From: Octopus sinensis
Taxonomy: Eukaryota
Length of the DNA stretch: 64,000 nucleotides
NCBI RefSeq assembly: GCF_006345805.1
Contig: NC_043004.1
Location: 51,894,001 to 51,958,000 of the forward strand
Direction: 5' to 3'
In this document: piece after piece, positions 52,680-64,000 of the stretch
How the letters are laid out: each line of letters begins with the position of its first letter
Numbering within the stretch: position 1 is the stretch's first letter
Notes under the pieces: generated by a model
Database searches by the model: none
What the model saw: the letters and a program-made list of their open reading frames with translations, nothing else
Told to the model about the DNA's origin: nothing
Position numbers and translations under genes: made by a program

Positions 52680-54025
52680 GCAGATCCATGTTGAAATGCG
52701 ATCTATGCATAGCCTTCGTGGAAACTCATCTTAGGCCTGATATAGAGGATTCAAAAGTACACGTACCAAAATATACCATAATGCGAACAGACAGAAGGGA
52801 AAGAATCTGTAATGGGTTTGCTGTATACACCCGTGAGGACCTCACGCCCAGGTCCTACTGTCACACTCAAACTCAGTATGTGACACTCAAGTTGTAAACA
52901 TAAGACAACATAATATAGAAATAATCAATACATATCGCACACCGAGTGCGCCAAACCACACGGGCAAGTTTGAAAATTGTCTCATAAAAATAAAAGGAAA
53001 CCTCACGAAACTGGAACATCATGTGAGTGTGTTTCTGATGGGAGATTTCGTCTTCCCCATGGATAAATAGCTCGAGGGCATTACGCTCTGAATAATGACT
53101 CATTACAAATATGCAAATAAGTACAAGTTGAGTCCCTGCTCCACCTCACAAAAATTCATGGAGAAAATTGTACTCCGCCCAACCAGGGCAAATAACATAC
53201 TGGATCTCTGCTTCACAAACAATACCGACATCGTTCATAATGTGAAAGCGACGCTGACATTAGCTTCGGAGCACAAATGTGAGGCAGAGAATGACTAGTT
53301 GAAATGTGTCTTTATCACCCCATTGGAACACAGACAGTGAATTTCTTTGCTGTCTAACCTATAACCAGCGAAGCAGTTACGATGGATTACATGGACATTA
53401 GTGATGAGGATATAATAATTGCCAAAGATGAGATGGACACAAACTTAGTTGCTGGCCCTGATGGTCTCCCAGCAATCCTCCTCAAATTGTGCAAGCGTGT
53501 CCTGGCAAAACCACTACAAATTCTCTTCCAAAGTTTTCTTGCAAATGGCCGGCTGCCAAGAAAACTGAAGGAGGCGGCAGAGCAGATTAAAAAAATTATA
53601 GGCCTATTCACACTTCGGCAAACTCATGGAACGTATAGTCAGAGGGAAACCAATCGCTTTCATTGAAGAAAACGACTTGCTGAGTGATACCCAGCAGGGT
53701 TTTCGACCAGATAGTAGCTGCTTGACCCAGCTTCTGCAGCACTATGACCGGGTGTTGAAGCAGTTACTCGGCAACTCAAATGTGGACGTAATATACCTTG
53801 ATTTCGCAAAAGCTTTTGATAAATTTAATCAGGGTATGATATATCACAAGCTGCGCTATCCTGGCATAGATGCAAAACCTGGAGAATTGTTACATGACTT
53901 TCTGAAAGACAGAATTCAGGCAGCGGTGGCCAATGGAGCCACCTCAAAGGAAACACAAATAGTGAGTCTTGTGACCACTGCTTTTCATAGTGGCCCTCTC
54001 AAATATGTCTTGCTAGCTACGCAGA
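52680..54025 (+). mobile_element. Decayed CR1/L2/Jockey-group LINE (APE plus RT pieces)
   Basis: ETHL, IYR, MGDF, PTR.NNILDLCFTN (APE); AGPDGLPAILLK, QQGFR, VDVIYLDFAKAFDK (RT); multiple deletions and frameshifts. Confidence 0.9.
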
Positions 54026-54145
54026 TGAGGAAAGAAAACTCCGAATGACCCGTCCTTGTTTTCATTGCATCGTCTATCTGGATGATTTGTTGTCTCCTTT
54101 TTGTATCACCTAGCTATCTGGATGTTTTGCGTTCTTGTCCCATAT

Positions 54146-54192
<47 letters not shown>

Positions 54193-54958
54193 GTGTGTGT
54201 TGTGTGTGTGCATGTGCGTGAGTGTGTGTATACATACATATATATGTATATATCTATATCTATATATCTTGCGCCTGTGTTTGTCTCCTCACAACCAATA
54301 TTTTACTGTGTTTACGTCCCCGTAACTTAGCGGTTCGACAAAAGGACCAATAAAACATGTACTTGGCTTATAAAGAATATGTCCTTGGATCTAATTGTTC
54401 AACTAAAGACAGCGCTCCAGCTTGACCGCAGTCAAATGACTGTGTATGCATGTAAGTGGGTGTGTGTTTAACAGTGAATTGTTTTATACACATATTGAAG
54501 AATGAATTCAATATTAGAGTTTCGTGATATTCGATACTACTATGATATGTATAAGTGTATCATCAGAGGTAGGCCTACTTGGCAGTCCAAGCCAGAACCG
54601 ACACACCTATTACAGTAGCCGCTTCACACTCACCAACACTCACAAGTATATAAGCCATAATGTAGTAGTTGTTTGCATCTAGCAGCATTGGACCAGACAA
54701 TGAGAGTCAAAAGGTATCTTCATGCGGATACGCACTTGAACAGCCGTTAAGGGAACACGAACGTCTGGTGTTATGGATTGCAGTCCACTTATTTAACTCG
54801 CGAATCGGTTATCAGTATAATGACGCTGTTTATGCCACGGACAAACACGTCTGATATAGCGAGATGTTTACGAGAGCTTTGTTCGAAAATAACGTTAATT
54901 TATACCACATATTGTGAATAACAATAACGAATTAATAATAATAATGATAATAATAATA

Positions 54959-55013
<55 letters not shown>

Positions 55014-55512
55014 GTTCAATCAAAGCGGTGGTGATCTTAAACTCTATTACTCAATGACAGGTTAAAAAAGAAATTGAAAAGAGACAAGCAAAAATCAAGA
55101 CTCGAAATCAGCGATTGTTATGGCTATCAGCAACATCGTTCTTCATTCTTTGTTTATGAACTGACGTCATGCCTCTAAGCATGCTGGGAAGAAATGGAAG
55201 ACAGGAACAGGCAATTTGCTCTATTTATCTTATCTCATACACACAAACGGACATATACATGCATGCATATATTTGTGTGTGCGTGTGTGTTTGTGTCTGT
55301 GTGTATATATATATATAAACACCGCCCCAGATATATATACTTTTATACACAAAAATACATATAAATGTGTCTGTGCGTGTGTGTGTATGTATTATTGCTT
55401 TGAGTTCAGTTCTGATTTTGTAATACAATTTAGTGAAATAAAGGATACGACGCGAATAAGATCATCAACAGCAACATTTTATATGTTGTTGCTATTATTA
55501 TTATTATTTTTA

Positions 55513-55582
<70 letters not shown>

Positions 55583-55774
55583 TTTATTTTTATCATAGAC
55601 TACATTGTAAAAATGATGTAAATAAAAATGAAAGATTAAAAAACACTCTAATCCATCGCCTGAATAATGATGATGATGATGATGATGACGATGACGACGA
55701 TAACGACGATGATGTTTATGAAGATGATGTTGATGTGCTTGATGACAAGGCTGGTGTTCAACTGATGTGAGACT

Positions 55775-56290
55775 GGTTACACAGCCAAATATACGCTCTT
55801 AGTCTATCGATGTCTGTAAGTCTATGCGTGAGTTTTCGGAGAAGGGTGTCGCTGGATATTTCAACCATGCTTCTCTAGCAGTGTTCTTGCAATGCGTAAT
55901 TTGATCGTTGTTGTCTGATTACCGAAGTGATAGTGGGAAGAGTGCCACACTGTCACTATTTTTATCGAGTGTTTCTACCAAGAAAGCTTGAGAATCGCAC
56001 GAAGCATTCCCCTGTAAGTAACGTCTCACTTCTTTGCTAACGTCTCTTATTCAGTGACCGTCCTGAATAGCAATAGAGAAGTATTGATTCAGCAACTGCG
56101 TTGAAGAAACTCATCATCAGGTTGTTAAGAAGGAAGGGTTTTCATAAACATCGGAGTCTCTCCGGAGCGCTCTATGCTTTTGCAATCCTTACATGGACAT
56201 CTTCTTCTGTTGAAGCAATCTTACTTCTCAGATAGGTAAAGTCATCAACCATCTTCAGGTTGCTGCCTTTCAGAACACATACATTTCCTG
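55775..56290 (-). mobile_element. Old RTE-like LINE remnant
   Basis: rc translation VDDFTYLRSKIASTEEDVHVRIAKA..ESILLY, post-RT motifs with stops. Confidence 0.65.
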
Positions 56291-57110
56291 ATTAGCTGTT
56301 ACGTATAAATGCTACTAACATACAGGCAGATTATAAATCGTATTTTCTGTATTAGTTATTTTAGACAGTTTTATTTGAAGTATTGCTCAGGATATAAAAA
56401 TAAGTTTGGGAATAAAGTTGATAAAATAAGCTATGAAAAGGTTATAAATGCTACAGACACACCGACAAATTACAAGCCGCCTCTTCTTGAATTCAGATTC
56501 TTTACTAGCTATATTCTTCAGACAGATTTCCTATAAAATGTGGGTCAGCTAGGAGTTTGGGAGCCAGCAAATGGGCCAAAGAGCTTTAAAAAGAAGTAAA
56601 ATAATCTGAGACGTTGAAATCATAGCAAAAGGAAAGAACTCACACCCTAAGACCATTAAGATTTCTTCCTTTACATCATAATATAAATGAATGTTAGGTC
56701 ATGTACAAGAGTAGACTTAATAAATTAATTCCTCTTCTGTCAAATTCAACGCCTTGCTCCAATGTAAGAAACCAGTTCCGATATCGGCGGGATTTAAAAT
56801 CATATTGTAAGTTCGAATTCCACTGAAGCTGACTTTGCCTTTCATAATTTCGAGGTCGATAAAACGAGGGCCAATCGAGTACCCATGGACTTGTTCGAGC
56901 TGGCAGAATCGTTAGCACGCCTGGAAAAATACTTAGCCACATTTCGTCTGTCTTTAGGTTCTGAGTTCAAATTCCGCCGAGGTCGACTTTGCCTTTCATC
57001 CTTTCGGGGTCGATAAAGAAAAGTACCAATTGAGCAATGAGCACTGGGGTCGATGTAATCGACTAGTCCCCTCACCCAAAGTTTCAGACCTTGTGCCTAT
57101 AGTAGAAAGG

Positions 57111-57139
57111 ATTATTATTATCATTAATTATTGTTGTTT

Positions 57140-57176
<37 letters not shown>

Positions 57177-57266
57177 CTTCTTCTTCTTCTTCTTCTTCTT
57201 CTTCTTCTTCTTCTTCTTCTTTCTCTTCTTCTCTTCTTCTTCTTCTTCTTCTTCTTCTTCTCTTCC

Positions 57267-57298
<32 letters not shown>

Positions 57299-57365
57299 TC
57301 TTCTTCTCTCTTCTTCTTCTTCTTCTTCTTCTTCTTCTTTCTTCTTCTTCTTCTTCTTCTTCTTC

Positions 57366-57401
<36 letters not shown>
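57111..57401. repeat. Compound trinucleotide array (ATT)(GTT)(CTT)(ATT) at a SINE 3' end
   Basis: Starts directly after the family-B tail ..GTAGAAAGG at about 57110. Confidence 0.95.
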
Positions 57402-57402
<1 letters not shown>

Positions 57403-57612
57403 TCAACAACTTCGCTGGGGAATGCAACAAAGTTTCAGCAGTTCATATCCCTGAAACTAAGGAAACATTCAGGTTTCGAAACTTCTGCAGAAAATTCGTA
57501 ATACTGTCTGCTCTAGATCCTTCATCTTTACGTTCAGCCATATTTTTCAATCCAGTTTGTGAAATTGCAACACATAATACCAAAGCTTCTAACAACAACA
57601 CAACTTCCTGTT

Positions 57613-58004
57613 CTTCCTAATGGAGGTACAAGACCTCAAATTTTTTTGTGGGGGAGGACTAAGTGGGTTACATCGACCCCAGTGCGTAACTGGTACTTAT
57701 TTAATCGACCCCGAAAGGATGAAAGGCAAAGTCGACCTTGGCGGAACTTGAACTCAGAACATAACGGCAGAAGAAATACCTATTTCTGTACTACCCACAA
57801 GGGGCTAAACGCAGAGAGGACAAACAAGGACAGACAAACGGATTAAGTCGATTATATCGACCCCAGTGCGTAACTGGTACTTATTTAATCGACCCCGAAA
57901 GGATGAAAGGCAAGGTCGACCTCGGCAGAATTTGAACTCAGAATGTGAAGACAGACGAAATACCGCTAAGCATTCCGTCCGGCGTGCTAACGATTCTGCC
58001 AGCT
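57613..58004 (-). mobile_element. SINE family B dimer
   Basis: Same architecture and junction position (57780/57781) as 9321-9720. Confidence 0.85.
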
Positions 58005-58058
58005 GTCAACTTCTTGTTGGCGCTGATGATGTGGCTGGTAATCAGAACGGAGATTATA

Positions 58059-58089
<31 letters not shown>

Positions 58090-58389
58090 GGAGGAGGAGG
58101 AGGAGGAGGACGACGCCGACGACGATGATGATGAAGATGAGGATGAGGATGATGATGATGATGAAGATGAAGATGATGATGATGATGATATCAAGTCTCA
58201 CTCTTAGACTTCAAATGATAACATTACTAACAACGATATACTTCAGAGAAAAGAGAAGGAAGATTCCGTTAGAAAAAACTTTTCGTGATATTTGCATTTG
58301 TGAAAAATTATAAGATTCGAGTATTATGGTCCAGTTGACAGCGTTTTACTTCGGATGTGGGCTGTACTTGTAATAACAAGTTATTGTTG

Positions 58390-58655
58390 CTGTGATACTT
58401 TTGACATTCTTCTTTGTATTACATCATAGCATGTAAGAACGCCATTTGATAGAATCTACAAAGTTTCCATCGTCAAATATACAGTTGTCGTTCTCAGATA
58501 CCACATTTTTGTGATATCTATTTCAAGTTCCTGATATTTACTTATCTTTTCACGCGCGTTTTCACATAGACGTTGCAGTCTGCTGGGACTGACACATCTA
58601 CGAGCATATATGTTTTGTTTACATGATTTTTTTTCACCAATATATCTGATCTATG

Positions 58656-58656
<1 letters not shown>
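58390..58656 (-). mobile_element. Old R4/Dong-like RLE fragment
   Basis: rc HRSDILV..LVDVSVPAD..KYQELEIDITKMW; abuts a (TTA)n array. Confidence 0.7.
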
Positions 58657-58697
<41 letters not shown>

Positions 58698-58765
58698 ATC
58701 ATCATTTGTACTACCTTCGGTAGTATATATTCTAAAATTGGAACAATACAGAGATAATAATAATG

Positions 58766-58810
<45 letters not shown>

Positions 58811-58828
58811 GTAATGATAATAATAATA

Positions 58829-58884
<56 letters not shown>

Positions 58885-59122
58885 TATTTCTTTACTGCCC
58901 ACAAAGGGCTAAACATAGAGGGGACAAACAAGGACAGACAAAGGGATTAAGTCAATTACAACGACCCCAGTGCGAAACTGGTACTTTATTTATCGACCCC
59001 GAAAGGATGAAAGGTAAAGTCGACCTCGGCGGAATTTGAACTCAGAACGTAGCGGCAGATGGAATACCGCTAAGCATTTCACCCGACGTGCTAACGATAT
59101 CATAATAACAATAATGATAATA

Positions 59123-59655
59123 GCCGTGGAAGATAAAAATGTCACTATCTTCTGGGATCTTCCAGTCAACACCGACAGAACGATCCAGGCTAATTGACCA
59201 GACATAGTCATTATATACAGAAGAAGAAAAAACTTGTAGACTGATAGACATAAGTGTTCCCACTGATAAGGACGTTGACAAATTAGGTAAATATAAAGAC
59301 CTGGAAATTGAAATACAAAAGATGTGGTATCTTAAAGCGACAACTGTTCCTGCTATTGTGGGTGCTCTTGTTATAATAAGAAAGAGATGTCAGAAACATC
59401 TAGATAATATCCTCGGAGAACCATGTCTCAGTGAAATCCAAAAGATTGTGTTGACAAATACTGCTCCCATCCTTTGAAAAACCCTTTCAATTTAAATGTA
59501 TGTGTCGTATTACATGAAGCTATTTTGCTACTGCCTCTGCTAGTTTCCTTTCCGAAGCTTTCAGTCATACTGTAACATCTCCTATCCTACATTTACCCTA
59601 GAACGCTGGGTGTGTTTTGGTGAGTGATTGTAACAAACATACAGATTAAAAGTAA
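59123..59655 (+). mobile_element. R4/Dong-clade non-LTR retrotransposon 3' fragment in (AAT)n
   Basis: VTIFWDLPVNTDRTIQAN*PDIVI..LIDISVP..KYKDLEIEIQKMW..VGAL; 3' UTR ends in AAT repeats; a second 3' end at about 59798-59979. Confidence 0.88.
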
Positions 59656-59672
59656 ATAATAATAATGATAGT

Positions 59673-59722
<50 letters not shown>

Positions 59723-59724
59723 GT

Positions 59725-59778
<54 letters not shown>

Positions 59779-60017
59779 AATAATAATAATAATAATTTTC
59801 CGTACAAAACCCTATCAATTTAAATGTGTAGTATTAAACGAAGATATTTCGCTACTGCTCCCGCCTCTTCCCTTCCCCTAGCTTTCAGTCATAATGTAAC
59901 ATCTCTTGTACTTCATTCACCCTAGGAGGCTGGGAGTGACTCAGCAAGTTATTGTAACAAAGATGCTGATTAAAAGTAAACAACAACAACAACAACAACA
60001 ATAACAATAACAATAAC

Positions 60018-60104
<87 letters not shown>

Positions 60105-60106
<2 letters not shown>

Positions 60107-60664
60107 CAGTACCAGGCAGTGGCTCTCATGGCTTCTGATCTTAATTGATTGGAAGTGTTATCATGTACATTGTTTTGTCTTGGTATAAAAGATGGGCTAC
60201 AGCAAATATTCTGCTCAATACCACAGATTTGCTTGTCAGTTGTTTGACCTTAACCAGTTGGGCATATCCCTTAGTGGCCGACGATATGTGCATCTCTGAT
60301 CACGAGCAGAAGTAGTGGGGGAGCATCATAGCCATGTGTTGAGAGGGATTCTTTGGGGTTTGAATAAGTCACCTCTGGAAAGGTGGGTGTTTTTTTCAAC
60401 ATCCTTAAACAACCCTTATTCAGGGACCTTTTGAGCGGGATGGGTTACTCAACCTGAAGAAAATTCTAACTGGGCCCCACCTGCAAGGTCATGTGCTGTT
60501 TATCTTGATATGAGATCACCATGTCGCGCACATATGGTTGTGATGCATGTGCCTAGTGTACCCTTATCAGACGGGTAGTCATGATGGGTATATTGAGCTT
60601 CGTATATTTTACCCCAGTGTCACTTTGATGGCATGAACTGCTCTCTCACTCTATAATAATAATA

Positions 60665-60701
<37 letters not shown>

Positions 60702-61838
60702 TAATAATAATAATAATAATGCAGTACCAGGCAGTGGCTCTCATGGCTTCTGATCTTAATTGATTGGAAGTGTTATCATGTACATTGTTTTGTCTTGGTA
60801 TAAAAGATGGGCTACAGCAAATATTCTGCTCAATACCACAGATTTGCTTGTCAGTTGTTTGACCTTAACCAGTTGGGCATATCCCTTAGTGGCCGACGAT
60901 ATGTGCATCTCTGATCACGAGCAGAAGTAGTGGGGGAGCATCATAGCCATGTGTTGAGAGGGATTCTTTGGGGTTTGAATAAGTCACCTCTGGAAAGGTG
61001 GGTGTTTTTTTCAACATCCTTAAACAACCCTTATTCAGGGACCTTTTGAGCGGGATGGGTCACTCAACCTGAAGAAAATTCTAACTGGGCCCCACCTGCA
61101 AGGTCATGTGCTGTTTATCTTGATATGAGATCACCATGTCGCGCACATATGGTTGTGATGCATGTGCCTAGTGTGCCCTTATCAGACGGGTAGTCATGAT
61201 GGGTATATTGAGCTTCGTATATTTTACCCCAGTGTCACTTTGATGGCATGAACTGCTCTCTCACTCTATAATAATAATAATTATCATTATTATAATAATA
61301 ATAAATGCCCTGATGCAATACCGGGCACTAGCTCTCATGATATTAATTGATTGGAAGTGTTATCATATATATGTTTTGTCTTGGTACAAACGTTAGACTA
61401 CAGGAAATATTCTGTTCCATACCGCAGATTGCATATCAGTTGCTTGACCGTAACCAGTTGAGCGTCTTCCTTAGTGACTGATGATATGCAGATCTCTGAT
61501 CAGGAACAGAAATAGTAGGAGAGCATCTTAGTCATGTGAGAGAGGAATATTTGGAAGGTGTGAATGATTAACCCATGGAAACATGGGTATTTCGTTCAAC
61601 ATCTTTAAACAACACCTTTTGAGCGAGATGGGCTACTTGACCTGAAGAAAATTCTAACTTGGCCCATCTGCAAGGACAGGCGCCGTTTGTCTTAATATTA
61701 GATCACCAAGTTGCACGCATATGGTTGTGATGCATGTGCCTGGTTTACCCTTATCAAAGGAGTAGTTATGATTGGTATACCGGGCTTCGTCTATTTGTAC
61801 CCTAGTGTCACTTTGATAGCATGCACTGCTCTTTCACT
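60105..61838. repeat. Three tandem ~550-bp non-coding units separated by (AAT)n
   Basis: Copies 60105-60652 and 60720-61267 (two differences seen) and a clearly diverged copy at about 61305-61838. Confidence 0.92.
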
Positions 61839-61872
<34 letters not shown>

Positions 61873-62024
61873 TGTAGTGGTAGTAGTAGTAGTAGTAGTA
61901 GTAGTAGTATAATAATAATAATAATAAATAATAATAATAATAATAGTCTTCAGAACGTAACGACGGACGAAATACCGCTAAGTATTTTGTCTAGTGTGTT
62001 AACGATTCTACCAGGTCGGCACCA

Positions 62025-62066
<42 letters not shown>

Positions 62067-62070
62067 CATG

Positions 62071-62171
<101 letters not shown>

Positions 62172-62385
62172 GCAACAACAAGAGAAGCAAAAAAATACGT
62201 TAGAGAAGCAAAAGAAATCACATCATATCCAAAGCTTCACACAAAACCACAAAATGATTTAATAGAAAAAAAAGAGGAAAATAAACATCGAAAAATGCAA
62301 AAAGAAACCAAAAAAATATAATCAAACAAATTCAAAGCTACAACAACAACAACATCAACAACAAATGTATAGCAATCCACATTAC

Positions 62386-62604
62386 CATTGTGCGCAACGA
62401 AGCGATTTCTTCCCGTAGAGGTTCAATTGCGTGCTGTACAGCGTCATGTATGACCTCAGTAAGGGTTCGAATTAAAGTAGGGTCGACGTCATGTGTTTTA
62501 TTCGATGTAGCTTCTGAGTCCGAATTTAAGGTACTAATCCGGTCCCCATCCGACGGTGCATTACTAAGCCACGATATTTTACTCCATCGGTTTGTATTCA
62601 TCAT
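62386..62604 (-). CDS. Candidate first coding exon of an unidentified host gene
   Basis: Unique sequence between microsatellites. ATG follows an in-frame TAA; 73 codons MMNTNRWSK..DVDPTLIRTLTEVIHDAVQHAIEPLREEIASLRTM (amphipathic, coiled-coil-like); phase-0 donor ATG|GTAATG. No homolog recognised. Confidence 0.5.
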
Positions 62605-63298
62605 TTAATCCGGGTCTTAACGTGTGGAATAGATATCTATCACTTTTAGACGTTTGTGTCTATACATATGTGTGTGTATGTGTGTGTATTTATATATATA
62701 ATATTTATGTGTGTGGGTGTGTGTATTTATACATATAATATTTATGTGTGTGTGTGTCTGTGTGTGTGTATCTATGTGTATGCGTGCGTGTGTGCGTGTG
62801 TCTGTATATGTAGTGTGAATATATGTGTGTAGGTCTCTGTATATGTATAGATGTTTATCGCTTGTTGATGCTTATTTTTGTCTATGTATGTAAAGGGTTA
62901 TATATGTGTGTGTGTGTGCGTACTTGTGTGTGTGTGAGTGTGTGTATGTAGATGTTTCGATTTGGGTCTCTATGTATATATGTCTACACGTATCTGTCGT
63001 TAGATATGTCTACCAGCAGCAGTTTATATTTATGTGTCTCTAGTACACACGTATATACAATGCCCATTATGAGTGAGTGCACGTGTGTGTGCATGTATGA
63101 GAGTGCTTATGTACCTGTGCATGTGCTTGCGTCTGTTCGAGGATATTTTTCTTCGATATGCATGAGCTACGGCGTGTATACGCTCTCGGTATTTTGGTAC
63201 CTCATCCGTATATGCATGTGAATGCGTACGTGTATTTTTTTCTTTAATTATATCTATGTTACTTATTGTCTTCCTTCTACGAAATGTACGCATAAATA

Positions 63299-63299
63299 C

Positions 63300-63331
<32 letters not shown>

Positions 63332-63351
63332 TAATAATAATAATAATAATG

Positions 63352-63415
<64 letters not shown>

Positions 63416-63445
63416 TGATGATGACGATGATGATGTTGATGGTGT
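63299..63445. repeat. (AAT)n/(GAT)n microsatellite
   Basis: Direct inspection; source of the poly-N/I ORFs. Confidence 0.95.
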
Positions 63446-64000
63446 TGATGTTTGTTACCAATTTACTAATTTACTACAGAACAACAAAGAGATTCTTCTC
63501 ACCGTCTTCATCGGTCCTTTCTCATCTTTATCATCATCACCATCACCATTATCAGCATTATCGAGTTCATAATTGTTATTTTGGACATCTTCATCAAACT
63601 CTTCAGCATCAACATCGTCATCTACATCTGTCTATCTCATTAACATTATTATCTTTGGTCTAAGAAAAACAGCTAATGCCATCTACTACCATCCAGTGCA
63701 ATCCAGTATTATTCAGTGTTTATCCACGGACGTTTAACTTTAGCAGTGTGTATATATACATAATACACACATTTTCATACTTAGAAGTCTATGAGCATAT
63801 ATATATATATATATCAACTGTTACTACAAGCGGATTTTACGTTTTGAAGTTACTATGTGTCTAAAGTTATATCCATATAGACTTACGTGAATTTATTTCT
63901 AGATTTTTTAGTGCGTGTACGTATTCATTTTATATATGTAAGCATATGAATTTGTCTATACACTCATTCGTACACAGACATAGAGGCAGTAATTCAAACA

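Noticed and set aside
57030-58313. Poly-L/S/F/E/D ORFs up to 196 aa
   Set aside because: Compound trinucleotide microsatellites plus SINE sequence.

Overview
Repeat-saturated, AT-rich animal genomic DNA with one 100-N assembly gap (13887-13986). The SINE repertoire and extreme microsatellite density suggest an octopus (inference from recalled repeat families). No prokaryotic-type features; nearly all ORFs in the track are microsatellite artefacts. Recognisable content: several tRNA-headed SINE families; fragments of CRE, RTE, CR1/L2-like, Tx1/L1 and R4/Dong non-LTR retrotransposons; a deleted mariner; a non-autonomous Helitron; a 716-bp fold-back DNA element with an 8-bp TSD; and one reasonable plus a few weak candidate host exons. 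The most interesting signal is a set of short elements, often fold-back and mostly beside (TA)n arrays, carrying minimal type-I hammerhead-ribozyme motifs. One is linked to a Penelope-like (Naiad-type) GIY-YIG fragment. Across unrelated families the core 3-8 tertiary pair covaries (C-G, U-A, G-C). The window also shows three SINE/LINE shared-tail pairings (CR1/L2-like, RTE, Tx1) and a tRNA-like sequence inside a fold-back. All structures were read by eye; none was folded, aligned or searched computationally.
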